DNA of 64,000 nt from an uncultured Spirochaetota bacterium (GTDB lineage: Bacteria; Spirochaetota; Spirochaetia; SZUA-6; Fen-1364). The stretch is taken from the NCBI GenBank assembly GCA_963781885.1, contig CAWAHW010000001.1, forward strand, positions 576,001 through 640,000, given 5' to 3'. The translations under genes were made by a program, and so were the position numbers. Position 1 is the first letter of the stretch; every line of letters starts with the position of its first letter. Below, piece after piece: positions 54,951 to 64,000 of the stretch. The notes beneath the pieces are model-generated. The model worked only from the letters and a program-made list of their open reading frames with translations. It ran no database searches and was not told the DNA's origin.

Positions 54951-56198
54951 CTAGTTGCCCGCCTTGAATGCCTTGTCCATGTCCGCGATCTGCTGCTCGG
55001 GCGTCTTCAGTCCCAGAAGGACGGCCTGGAAGCCGTCGCCCATGACGGAGTTGAATCCGGCCGGGGTGAGGACGTCGACGTTGTATCCCATGTCCGTCTT
55101 CTTGATCGCCTCGGCGGCGAACTTGAAAAGGGGCGGAAGCGCAAGTGTGGACGTGTCCACCGGCACGGGCGGGATCAGCAGCATGTCGTGCATCCAGACC
55201 TTCGCCGAATCCGGGGAGAACAGGAAGTCCAGGTAATCCTTCGCCTCCTTGGCATGCGCCGTCTTCGCGGAGACGAAGTACCCCGAGCCCAGGCCCGCGG
55301 GCGGATACACGGCCTTCCCGTCGATGGAGGGGAAGAAGAAGCCGCCGACCTCGAAGTCCTTCACGTTGTCATTCATGCCGCTGATGAGCCAGGTGCCGGT
55401 CATATGCATCGCGGCCTTGCCGGTATAGAACACGGAGTTGCCGTCGTCGTAGGAGATCGCCGTGGTGTCCTTCAGGAGATAGCCGGCCTTGTTCATGTCG
55501 ACGAAGAACAGCTTGACGGCCTTCACGTAATCGGGATCGGTCCAGGAGCCTTTCCCCGAGATCGTATCGAACAGCTTTTTCTTTCCGGCGATGTTGTTTG
55601 CCATGATGCTGAACTGGTGATACGCCGGCCACTTGTCCTTGTCCGCGAATGAAACGGGGGTGATGCCGGCCTTCTTGGCCTTGTCACAGATGGAAAGGAA
55701 CTCGGCGTAGGTCTTCGGTTCCCCCACATTCAGCTGCTTGAAGATGGCCTTGTTGTAGTACACCCATACGAACTCCAGCTCGTTGCCGATGCCGTACGAT
55801 TTGCCGTCAAAGGTGGTGCGATCCCGGGTCCACTGATAGATGCGCTTGTCCCAGCCATAGGACTTGTACGCGTCGTCCAGCGGAAGCAGGAGTCCCGCCT
55901 TTGCCAGAACGCCCGCGAAGCCGGGGCCGCAGTCGTAGTACATGACGTCGGGTCCCGTGCCGGAGGCGAGGGCGGTCTGCAGCACGGGCCGCATGGTGTC
56001 GATGGACTGCGCTTCGCGCTGGATGGTGACGCCGGGGTATTTCGCCTGGAACCCCGCCACAAGGGTGTCCATGCCCTGGCTCTGGGCGGGCTCCGTGAAG
56101 CTGTCCCAGACGCGGAGCGTCACCGGCGCCGCCCATGCCCCCGAGGCCACGACGGCCATGATGGCGAGGGCCACAAACAGGGAAACACGTCTTTTCAT
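54951..56198 (-). CDS. carbohydrate ABC extracellular solute-binding protein
   Basis: signal peptide, FQAKYPGV, GPDV, LLPLD, YYNKAIF, FYTGKAAM..GTW. Confidence 0.9.
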   Translation of the reverse strand: MKRRVSLFVALAIMAVVASGAWAAPVTLRVWDSFTEPAQSQGMDTLVAGFQAKYPGVTIQREAQSIDTMRPVLQTALASGTGPDVMYYDCGPGFAGVLAKAGLLLPLDDAYKSYGWDKRIYQWTRDRTTFDGKSYGIGNELEFVWVYYNKAIFKQLNVGEPKTYAEFLSICDKAKKAGITPVSFADKDKWPAYHQFSIMANNIAGKKKLFDTISGKGSWTDPDYVKAVKLFFVDMNKAGYLLKDTTAISYDDGNSVFYTGKAAMHMTGTWLISGMNDNVKDFEVGGFFFPSIDGKAVYPPAGLGSGYFVSAKTAHAKEAKDYLDFLFSPDSAKVWMHDMLLIPPVPVDTSTLALPPLFKFAAEAIKKTDMGYNVDVLTPAGFNSVMGDGFQAVLLGLKTPEQQIADMDKAFKAGN

Positions 56199-57292
56199 GC
56201 TCTTCTCCTTTCTGGTTTCTCGATCTCTGTGGAGACTTTTCTTGTTGATTGCGAGGGGATGAGGACCGGCGCGCCGTTGCGCCCTGAAGAGGCGACTACT
56301 GCTGCCACCATTTGCAGCCCCCAGAATCCCTCGTCGAGCGTGGCGCCGCCCGGTCGGCCCGTGAGGACGGACGACACGAACGCCCTGTCCTCCTCTGCAA
56401 AGGGATCCACGTCGTCATTCACCTCGAACTGCCGCCTTTTCCTTCCCGCCGTGACGATGAAGGTGGCGTCATTGGCGTTGCGAAAATGCGCGGTGAGCTT
56501 CTCACAGACAACCGTAAAGGAAGCGTTCCATTCCCGCGGCACGGCGCAGTTGGTGCCCGCGATTGTCGCAAGCGCTCCGGATGCGAAACGGATCGTGGCC
56601 GCGCTCGTGTCCTCCACGCTGTACCCCGCGACCTTCCGGTGGCAGAGATTCGTCGTGAAGCCCGCGACGACGCGAGGTCGGCCCAGGAAGTGCAACGCCA
56701 GGTCGTAGAGATGGATCACCTGCTCGAACACCTGGCCGCCCGACTTGCGCCGGTCGCGCCACCAGGGTCCGTGCAGCGCGTTCGCCTCGTAGCGACCGTC
56801 GAACAGCGTGGGAACGCCCGCCGTCCCATCGTCGATCATGGTCTCAGCGCGCGCACCGCGCCGCCGAAGCGCATGTGGTAGCCCACCTGCGTCACGATCC
56901 CCGCCCGACGGGCAGCGGCGCACATCGACCGGGCCTTCTGGAGCGTCAGCGCGATGGGCTTCTCGATGAAGACGTGAACGCCGCGGCGCGCCGCCATCTC
57001 CAGTTTGTCCGTCATGAGCGAAAGGCGGAAGACAGATGTAGAGAGCGTCCAGTCGGGCTTCCGCAAGCATGTCGTCGAGATGGGCGAACGCCCGCGCCTC
57101 GTCGATGCTTTCAGCCAGGGCCTGCGCCGTTGCGAAGGGATGGGAGCAGACGGCGACGATGCGCGCATGCGGAATGCCCGCCAGCGCCCGCGCGTGCACC
57201 GCGCCCATGTGCCCCGCGCCCAGGATGCCGATCCGCAGGGCGTCCTGTCTTTTCACTCTCCCTGCTTTCTGCATGTCTTCATTGATCGCCAT
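56195..57292 (-). CDS. Gfo/Idh/MocA oxidoreductase with two compensating frameshifts (~57005 and ~56843)
   Basis: IGILGAGHMG; the conserved HVFIEKPIA...QVGYHMRF segment lies in another frame; WW..RRKSGG..EQVIH..D. Confidence 0.85.
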   Translation of the reverse strand: MAINEDMQKAGRVKRQDALRIGILGAGHMGAVHARALAGIPHARIVAVCSHPFATAQALAESIDEARAFAHLDDMLAEARLDALYICLPPFAHDGQTGDGGAPRRSRLHREAHRADAPEGPVDVRRCPSGGDRDAGGLPHALRRRGARAETMIDDGTAGVPTLFDGRYEANALHGPWWRDRRKSGGQVFEQVIHLYDLALHFLGRPRVVAGFTTNLCHRKVAGYSVEDTSAATIRFASGALATIAGTNCAVPREWNASFTVVCEKLTAHFRNANDATFIVTAGRKRRQFEVNDDVDPFAEEDRAFVSSVLTGRPGGATLDEGFWGLQMVAAVVASSGRNGAPVLIPSQSTRKVSTEIEKPERRRA

Positions 57293-57348
57293 TCGTCATC
57301 GAAACCAAATAGACAGGGTTTGGGGAAATTTGTACTATCTTATGATCG

Positions 57349-58185
57349 ATGCGGACGATCATTTTCCGTCCCCACCTGCCGCTCACCCGCGGCACGATCA
57401 GGATCCGCGTGAACAAGATGGGCATCCGCGAAGACATGCCTGCCAAGATCATCCATCGGCCGAACGGCAACGACGACTACCTGTTCATGCTTTTTCATAC
57501 ACCGGCGCTCATCCAGGTGGCCGGCAAGATCCACGAGTACCCGGGCAACTCCCTGATGATCTGGGAGCCCGGCCAAATCCATTATTACGGACACACCGAA
57601 ACGACGTGGAACCATTCCTGGTTCCACTGCGAAGGAATCGTGGTGCGCGACGGAATGCGGGCAAGCGCGCTGCCGCTGAACGATCCCTTCACGCTCCCCG
57701 ACCCGACCACTTTCGACAAGTACCTCCTGGCGTTCCATTCGGAGATCACGAGCCATCTCCTGCCCGACACGGGGATCCAGGAGGCACTATTCTCCATCTG
57801 GATACGGGAGATGGAGCGCCAGCTTGAAGTCTCAGCGACTCCCTCGATGCCTTACCGGTTCATCGACGTGAAGCGCTACATCGAGTCCCATTTCAATGAG
57901 CGGATCCGCCTGCGGGATCTGGCGGAGATCGCCTGCATGTCCATCCCCTATTTCTGCGACGGCTTCAAGAAATACTTCGGTTTTTCGGCGATCGAATACC
58001 TCGTCCTCCTCCGCATGCAGCATGCCTCCTTCCTCCTGCGTGACGTGAACATGAACGTCACCGAGGTCGCGGAAGCCGTGGGGTATGACGACATCTTCTA
58101 TTTTTCGCGGCTGTTCAAGAAACACCACGGGGTGAGTCCCCGTCATTACCGCCGAAGGTTGAGCGGGGAGGACGATACCCCCTAA
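57349..58185 (+). CDS. AraC family regulator, divergent from the sugar cluster; start uncertain
   Basis: cupin-like N-domain, LRDLAEIACMS, VAEAVGYDDIFYFSRLFKK.HGVSP. Confidence 0.9.
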   Translation: MRTIIFRPHLPLTRGTIRIRVNKMGIREDMPAKIIHRPNGNDDYLFMLFHTPALIQVAGKIHEYPGNSLMIWEPGQIHYYGHTETTWNHSWFHCEGIVVRDGMRASALPLNDPFTLPDPTTFDKYLLAFHSEITSHLLPDTGIQEALFSIWIREMERQLEVSATPSMPYRFIDVKRYIESHFNERIRLRDLAEIACMSIPYFCDGFKKYFGFSAIEYLVLLRMQHASFLLRDVNMNVTEVAEAVGYDDIFYFSRLFKKHHGVSPRHYRRRLSGEDDTP

Positions 58186-58233
58186 GAGTGACCGCTGCGC
58201 GCCGCCGTCGACGAAACGGCAGCCAACGGCGCG

Positions 58234-58752
58234 CTACGCGCCCGCCTTCTTCCGGAATACCCCGGGGCTCAGCAGCAAGAGGACGCATCCCAGCACGATG
58301 GAAAGGTCGGCGAAGTTGAGTATCCCGGTGCGAAAGCGACCGATCCCGAAATTCATGAAGTCGCTTACGCGTCCGTCACGGAAGAGCCTGTCGATCAGGT
58401 TGCCAAGCCCCCCGCCCACGATAAAGGCAAAAGCGGCAAGCGTGATCCATGAGTGGTTTTTCGCCCGCAGGATGTAGGCAGTCATAAGCGCGAGGGCAAT
58501 CAGCGGAAAGGCGATGAACGCGAGCGACCGCAGGGGGCGCGGCAGGCCAACCCCGAGGCTCAGGAACGCGCCCTGGTTTTCCACGTACACCAGGACGAAG
58601 AAGGAATCCACGACGAATACGGTGCCCTTGTCGGCAAGGTGCGCGCGCGCGAGGGTCTTTGTCGTCTGGTCGCAGCCGACGTTCGCCAGCACGAGCAGGA
58701 CGATGATCAGGGGGCGGAGCCATTTCAGCTTCCTGCCAATCGCCTCTTTCAT
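58234..58752 (-). CDS. lspA: lipoprotein signal peptidase II
   Basis: DQTTK, ENQGAFLS, GGGLGNLIDR, VSDF, NFAD. Confidence 0.9.
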   Translation of the reverse strand: MKEAIGRKLKWLRPLIIVLLVLANVGCDQTTKTLARAHLADKGTVFVVDSFFVLVYVENQGAFLSLGVGLPRPLRSLAFIAFPLIALALMTAYILRAKNHSWITLAAFAFIVGGGLGNLIDRLFRDGRVSDFMNFGIGRFRTGILNFADLSIVLGCVLLLLSPGVFRKKAGA

Positions 58753-58809
58753 GTCGACCTCCCTTCGCCGGCTTTGCGATGCGGATCGAGCGTGCTCATC
58801 GCGCCCGGC

Positions 58810-59295
58810 TCAATCGAACTCGCGCCGGGGCGCCGCCTGCTCGGGCCCGACCCTGCCGATCTCGATGTCGGCGATGAAGTAGTTCTCCCCGCGCATCGGG
58901 AAGCCGGCCATCCGGCGGAGCATCGTGAGCTGACCGACGTGGGTCAGCGCGTCGGCGAGCGGTCCCTGGAATATCTTCTCCAGCGGCGCATGCACCGTCT
59001 CACCGGAGGCGAGATAGGCGTCCAGCGCCTGCAGAGCGGCGAAGAAGCGTTCCTTTTCCTGGGGCCAGGGCAGCGGCTGGGCATCGATCCACGTGGGATT
59101 GCCGCGCGCGATGCTGAGCGCCCAGTCGAGGAGGTCACCGATATGGGCCAGGATCTCCACGGGCGCCCTGCTGGTGGGCGCGGACCGGTAGACGGCGAAC
59201 GACACCGGGGCGTCGCGCAGGGGCTTGCCTCCCCGGTAGGCGAGGGTGGCAAGGGTATGGCGAATCGTCTCTCGCCATTGGCTCGATTCACTCAT
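58810..59295 (-). CDS. DinB-like hypothetical protein
   Basis: RHTLATLAYR, ILAHIGDL, ADALTHVGQL..LRR. Confidence 0.7.
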   Translation of the reverse strand: MSESSQWRETIRHTLATLAYRGGKPLRDAPVSFAVYRSAPTSRAPVEILAHIGDLLDWALSIARGNPTWIDAQPLPWPQEKERFFAALQALDAYLASGETVHAPLEKIFQGPLADALTHVGQLTMLRRMAGFPMRGENYFIADIEIGRVGPEQAAPRREFD

Positions 59296-59318
59296 GCGGC
59301 TCCTCCGATGTGTCGTGA

Positions 59319-59966
59319 TCAGGATTGCGCGGCGGTCGCCTGCAACAGTGCCTTTGCCGCCTTGCGCGTGACGCCGGTCCCTCCCTCGAGGTAGCGCTCC
59401 GCGATGGCGCGCAGCTCCTGCGCCCTGCCCGGCGTGACACGGGCCACCTCGCGCAAGCCGTTCAGCGCATGGCCCGCCTGCTTCCCTTTCCAGGACGCCA
59501 GCGCCTCGACGAGGATGGGAAAGGAGGCCTTTGCGGCCGCCGAGCCGGTGCCAGCATAGCTTCCCACCGCGTCCACGGCGTAGTCGCGCACGATCACGCT
59601 CTCATCGGCCCGGATGATCTCGCGCAGCCGGGGAAGCAGGGGCGCCACGGTCCGCGGGGCAGCGGCTGCCGTGAGCGCAAGGGCGTGCATCGCCTCCCAG
59701 CGCACCCGGGTCTTTGGATGGAGGATGAGGGCGACAAGCGTTCCGGCATAGGGGGCCACGAGCCCGGGATTCTGTTTTGCGACCTCGGTGAACACCTCGG
59801 CGCAGTCCCCCAGGAGCGGCACGTCCTTGCCCGTGAGCGCGTTGGTGAGCGCGCCGGCGATCTCCTGCAAGAGGGCCGGTTTCTTCAGGCACCGGGCAGC
59901 CACAACAAGATTCGATTGCGCCGTCCGGTCACCTTTCTGCGAGGAAAGGTCGTTGAGGACACTCAT
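59319..59966 (-). CDS. HEAT/ARM-repeat protein
   Basis: helical repeats DCAEV, RVRWEAMHAL, SVIVRDYAVDA. Confidence 0.7.
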   Translation of the reverse strand: MSVLNDLSSQKGDRTAQSNLVVAARCLKKPALLQEIAGALTNALTGKDVPLLGDCAEVFTEVAKQNPGLVAPYAGTLVALILHPKTRVRWEAMHALALTAAAAPRTVAPLLPRLREIIRADESVIVRDYAVDAVGSYAGTGSAAAKASFPILVEALASWKGKQAGHALNGLREVARVTPGRAQELRAIAERYLEGGTGVTRKAAKALLQATAAQS

Positions 59967-60071
59967 GCCACACCAGCATAGCGCACAAACGCCTCGGAGG
60001 CTACAGCCGACCCGTTGGCCGGGGCAGGTCCGCCGTCACGCCGGGAACGCCGCCGTCACGAGCGCGGAGCC

Positions 60072-60506
60072 CTATCCCAGCGCCTTCTGGATCTGGGCCA
60101 TGTGATGCTCGCGATGGGCGCCGCGGTCCAGCCGCACCGGCTTTCCTTCCGCCTCGACCTTGGCGAGGAAATCCGGGGTGAGCGCGTCTATCGCCGCGTC
60201 GATGGAGGCGGCCGCCTCCCGCGCCATCGCCGCGACTTTCTTGCCGGGGATGGCATTCAGGAAGGGCCGCATCGAATCATTGACGACGTCGATGTCGACG
60301 GGAGAGACGGCCATGGGCGAGCTCTTCCATTTGGCCAGGAGCACGATTGCGCGCTGATCCCAGAAGGCAAGATGGCCCAGGAGGCCGCCGACGGTCCAGC
60401 TCGGTCCACCGGCCGCGCGGGCCATGTCCTTCTCCGTGAGACGGGAAAGCAAGGCGTTCAGCTTCTCCCGCCAGGCCGCGTTGTTCGCCGTATATGCGTT
60501 ACTCAT
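60072..60506 (-). CDS. DinB/MDMPI N-terminal-like protein
   Basis: WTVGGLLGHLAFWD, HREHHMAQI; ATGA overlap with the GH94 stop. Confidence 0.72.
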   Translation of the reverse strand: MSNAYTANNAAWREKLNALLSRLTEKDMARAAGGPSWTVGGLLGHLAFWDQRAIVLLAKWKSSPMAVSPVDIDVVNDSMRPFLNAIPGKKVAAMAREAAASIDAAIDALTPDFLAKVEAEGKPVRLDRGAHREHHMAQIQKALG

Positions 60507-62850
60507 CCCAGTACCACCTCCACCATGTGTTTCGCTCGATCGCCGAAAACCGGCACGAGATTTCCCTCAACGGGCTTCCCGTCCACCGTCATGCGCGCCA
60601 CGCCCCTGCTCACGCGCCGCGGATTCCGCACGACGACGCCGTACGTGTCGCCCCGGAAAACACGATCCACGCTGAAGCCCTTCCACGTCGGGGGGATGCA
60701 GGGGTCGATACGCAGGCCGTCGAGCTCGGGCCGCACACCGAGAATGTACTGAGAAATGGCCACGAAGTTCCACGACGCCGTGCCCGTGAGCCACGAGTTC
60801 TTTGCCTGGCCGAAGTCCTTGTGCTCCCGGCCTGCGATCATCTGGGCGTAGACGTACGGCTCGGTAAACCGAAGATCGGCGCGGCTGTTGCTCGCGGAAG
60901 GCAGGATGGCCTTGTAGTAGGCGAATGCCGCGGCGCCGTCGCCCCGCATGGTTTCCGCGATCATCGCCCAGGGATTGGTATGGCAGAATATCGCCGCATT
61001 CTCCTTGAGGCCTGCGGGAAAGACCGAGACATAGCCGAGCTCGGGGTGGTACGTCGTGTACCCCGGGGCGAAGAGCACGATGCCATACTTCGTGGCAAGG
61101 TGCTTCTTCACGGCGTCCATGCAGGCGGCAGCCCGGTCCTTGTCCGCGACACCCGACAGGACCGCCCACGTCTGCGATTCGAGCCAGGTCCTCCCTTCCT
61201 CCGCCGCGGCGGTCCCGACCGGGGAGCCGGCATCGTCGAAGGCGCGCAGGTACCACGCCCCGTCCCAGCAGGTGGCGTTGATGCGTCCCGCCATCTCGTC
61301 GCCGAGCCTGCGGTACTTGTCGGCTTCCGCGGATCGGCCGTGGTGCGCCGCCAGCTCGGCAAGCAGACCCGCGGCCATCACGTACATCTCGGCGATCATG
61401 ACGGAGACGGCCTTGCCATTCGGGCCGGTCGAGGTTGAGGCAGTCATTCCAGTCGGCCTTGCCGATCAGCGGCAGCTCGTGCCAGCCCTGACGCGCCGCC
61501 GGTGTACTTCAGGGCCCGGGCCAGGTGCTCGTACATCGTGCCGACGCTGCCGTCGTTGTAGGACACCATCTCGTCCAGGAGCCCGATGTCCCCCGTCTCC
61601 TTCGCATACTGGGCCACGGCGATGATGAGCCACAGGTGGTCGTCGCCGAAGCCCTCGCCACTGCCCATTTTCGTGAGCGGCGAATATTGGTGGTAGGCGC
61701 GGCCCTCCGCGAACTGCGTGCCGGCGATGTCGATGAGGCGCTGCCGCGCGAGCCCGGGGATCTGGTGCACGAAGCCCAGCACGTCCTGGTTGGAATCGCG
61801 GAAGCCCATGCCGCGCCCGATGCCCGATTCGTAGTACGAGGCGGACCGGGACCAGTTGAATGTCGTGCGGCACTGGTACTGGTTCCACACGTTGACCATG
61901 GAGTTCACCGCGGGGTCGGGCGTGCGGGCGATGTACCGGCCCAGGCAGTCGTCCCAGTAGGCGGCCAGGCGCGCAATTTCGGCGTCCACCGCGCCGGGGC
62001 GTTTGTATTTCTTCATGGAGGGCCGTTCTTCGCCCAGCGTTTCCCCGCAGCCCAGCACGAAGACCACCTCCTGCCGAGCCCCGGGCGCGAGGGACAGCGG
62101 CACCTGCAGACCGGCGAATGGAGCCCAGCCGACGGCGAGCTTCCCGTTGCAGCGGCCCTGCTCCACGGCGAGCGGATTCGATTCGCTGCGGTAGGGCCCG
62201 ACGAATGCCTGCCGTTCACCGTCGAAGGAGGAGACCTTGCGGCTGGACCAGAACCAGGCGAAGCAGGGCTGGTGGGCGCGATGATTCGTCACGTGGTAAA
62301 TGGCGTTCCCGCTCCACGTCGTGCGGCCGATGTTCAGGTTGTACTGGAAATCGGTCATGTCGTTGACCGCGTCCCACAGGCAGAACTCCACGTATGTGAA
62401 AAGGCTCAGGGCGCGCGTCCTCTTTGACGCGTTGGTGACGGTCATACGCCAGATTTCGAGGTTTTCGCCGAGCGGCACGAGGTAGGTCGTTTCGGTCTTT
62501 ATGCCGGCATAGGCTGCTCTTATCGTCGTGTAGCTGAGGCCGTGTCGGCATTCGTAGGAGTATTTCTCCAAAGGCTTCATGACCGGCTGCCACGATCCCG
62601 ACCAATAGTCGCCGCTTGCCTCGTCGCGGACGTAGATATAACGCCCCGGCCTGTCGGCGGGCACGTTGTTGTAGCGGTAGCGAAGGATGCGCCTTTCCCG
62701 TGGGTCCCGGTGGAAGCTGTAGCCGCCCGCCGTGTTGGAGATGAGGGCGCAGTACTCGTTCACGCCGAGGTAGTTGATCCAGGGCTGCGGCGTGTCGGGC
62801 CGCGTGATGACGTATTCGCGTCGCTCGTCGTCGAAATAGCCGTAGGTCAT
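60503..62850 (-). CDS. second GH94 glycoside phosphorylase; two frameshifts (~61490, ~61430)
   Basis: [39 protein letters not shown]; [17 protein letters not shown] in a third frame; [23 protein letters not shown]. Confidence 0.88.
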
Positions 62851-62954
62851 GTCGTCCTCTGCCGCGATAGTAGAACAGGAGCCGCGGACGGACAAGCAAA
62901 TGCCGGGCCGTGCCGCGGGCCGCCCGGCCGCGCCGCGCTCGTCACCCGACCCGC

Positions 62955-64000
62955 TCAGGCCCCCTGCACGGCGAGTGAGTGCGCCCGGTCGTCGCGCTCC
63001 AGGCCCTGCTGCTGCCAGAGGGCGTAGTAGAGGCCCTTCCGCCGCAGGAGCTCCAGATGCGATCCCTGCTCCACCACGCGCCCTTTCTTCAGCACGACGA
63101 TGCGGTCCGCACCGGCCACCGTGGACAGGCGGTGCGCGATCAGGAGCGTGACGAAGCTCGGCCGGGTCCGGATGATCGCGTCGATGGTGCGCGTGATCTC
63201 CTTCTCCGTCTCGGTATCGAGGGAGCTGGTGGCCTCGTCGAAGATGAGCAGGTCAGGCCGGCGGAGGAGGGCGCGCGCGATGGCCAGGCGCTGGCGCTCC
63301 CCGCCGGAGAGCTTCAGGCCGCCCTCGCCGATGCGGGTTTCCAGCCCCTGGCGCGACCTCTCCAGGAGGCCCTTGAGCTGCGCAGCCTCGAGGCTCGCCA
63401 TGCATTCATCGTCGGTGGCCTCCTGCCGCACGAAACGCAGGTTGTCGCGGATGGTGCCGGCAAAGAGCTCGATGGACTGCGGCACGAAGCCGACCCGCTT
63501 CCGCAGAAGGTCGTAGTTGATGTCGGCCGACTCCACGCCGTTGAAGACGATGCGGCCCGTGTCAGGTCGATAGAGCCCCAGGAGCAGCTTGACCAACGTG
63601 CTCTTTCCCGCGCCCGAGGGCCCGACGAACGCGATGCTCTCCCCCGACCGCGCGCTGAAGGAGACTTCCTCGAGCGCCGCCTCGCGGGCGCCGGGATGCC
63701 GGTAGGTCACCTCCGCGAACTCCAGGCTCTCGATGCCGTCGGGCACTGCGCCGCCGGGGTTTGTCGGCGCCGGCTCCTGCGCGAGGATCTTTTCGACGTT
63801 CGCGAGACTGGCCCGGGTCTCCGCGTACTTGGAGACGACATTGCCGATCTCCCCCAGCGGGGAGAAGAGGAAGAACGAGTAGAGGAAGAGGCTGAGGAAC
63901 TCGCCGATGCTGATGAGCTTCAGGTAGAGGAGGATGAGCATCTGGAGGATGAAAACGGCCCGGAAGAAGTTGATGGCCGTGCCCTGGAAGAACATGAGCA
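62955..64000 (-). CDS. ABC exporter (TMD+NBD); 5' part outside the window
   Basis: GPSGAGKST, LSGGERQR, FDEATSSLD, IAHRLST. Confidence 0.9.
   Translation of the reverse strand, partial: LMFFQGTAINFFRAVFILQMLILLYLKLISIGEFLSLFLYSFFLFSPLGEIGNVVSKYAETRASLANVEKILAQEPAPTNPGGAVPDGIESLEFAEVTYRHPGAREAALEEVSFSARSGESIAFVGPSGAGKSTLVKLLLGLYRPDTGRIVFNGVESADINYDLLRKRVGFVPQSIELFAGTIRDNLRFVRQEATDDECMASLEAAQLKGLLERSRQGLETRIGEGGLKLSGGERQRLAIARALLRRPDLLIFDEATSSLDTETEKEITRTIDAIIRTRPSFVTLLIAHRLSTVAGADRIVVLKKGRVVEQGSHLELLRRKGLYYALWQQQGLERDDRAHSLAVQGA

Overview
GC-rich bacterial chromosomal window with about 45 CDS. The gene complement (MCP, VanY-like peptidase, lipoprotein sugar binder) is compatible with a free-living spirochaete-like organism, but this is inference. 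I saw no rRNA, tRNA, CRISPR array, transposase or phage genes. Contents: (i) DNA-repair genes: a TM0106-type nuclease/helicase, LigD, an AlkA-like glycosylase and a double-length UvrA; (ii) sugar use: two GH94 phosphorylases, LacI, a xylFGH-like ABC transporter and an AraC-linked ABC/dehydrogenase cluster; (iii) two sigma-54 activator loci, each followed by a recognisable -24/-12 promoter and candidate enhancer; (iv) a two-component/thioredoxin/DipZ/MsrAB envelope methionine-repair cluster; (v) assorted enzymes. Most striking: the LigD has intact phosphoesterase and polymerase domains, but its ligase domain has lost the catalytic residues and OB fold, and it sits 13 bp upstream of the nuclease-helicase with no Ku in the window. 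Also notable are a Met-rich exported thioredoxin next to an MsrAB with one Cys per domain, a Cys-rich GAF-DHp protein with no ATPase domain, and a collapsed ABC-permease remnant. At least 8 genes carry single-base frameshifts, most likely sequencing or assembly indels.
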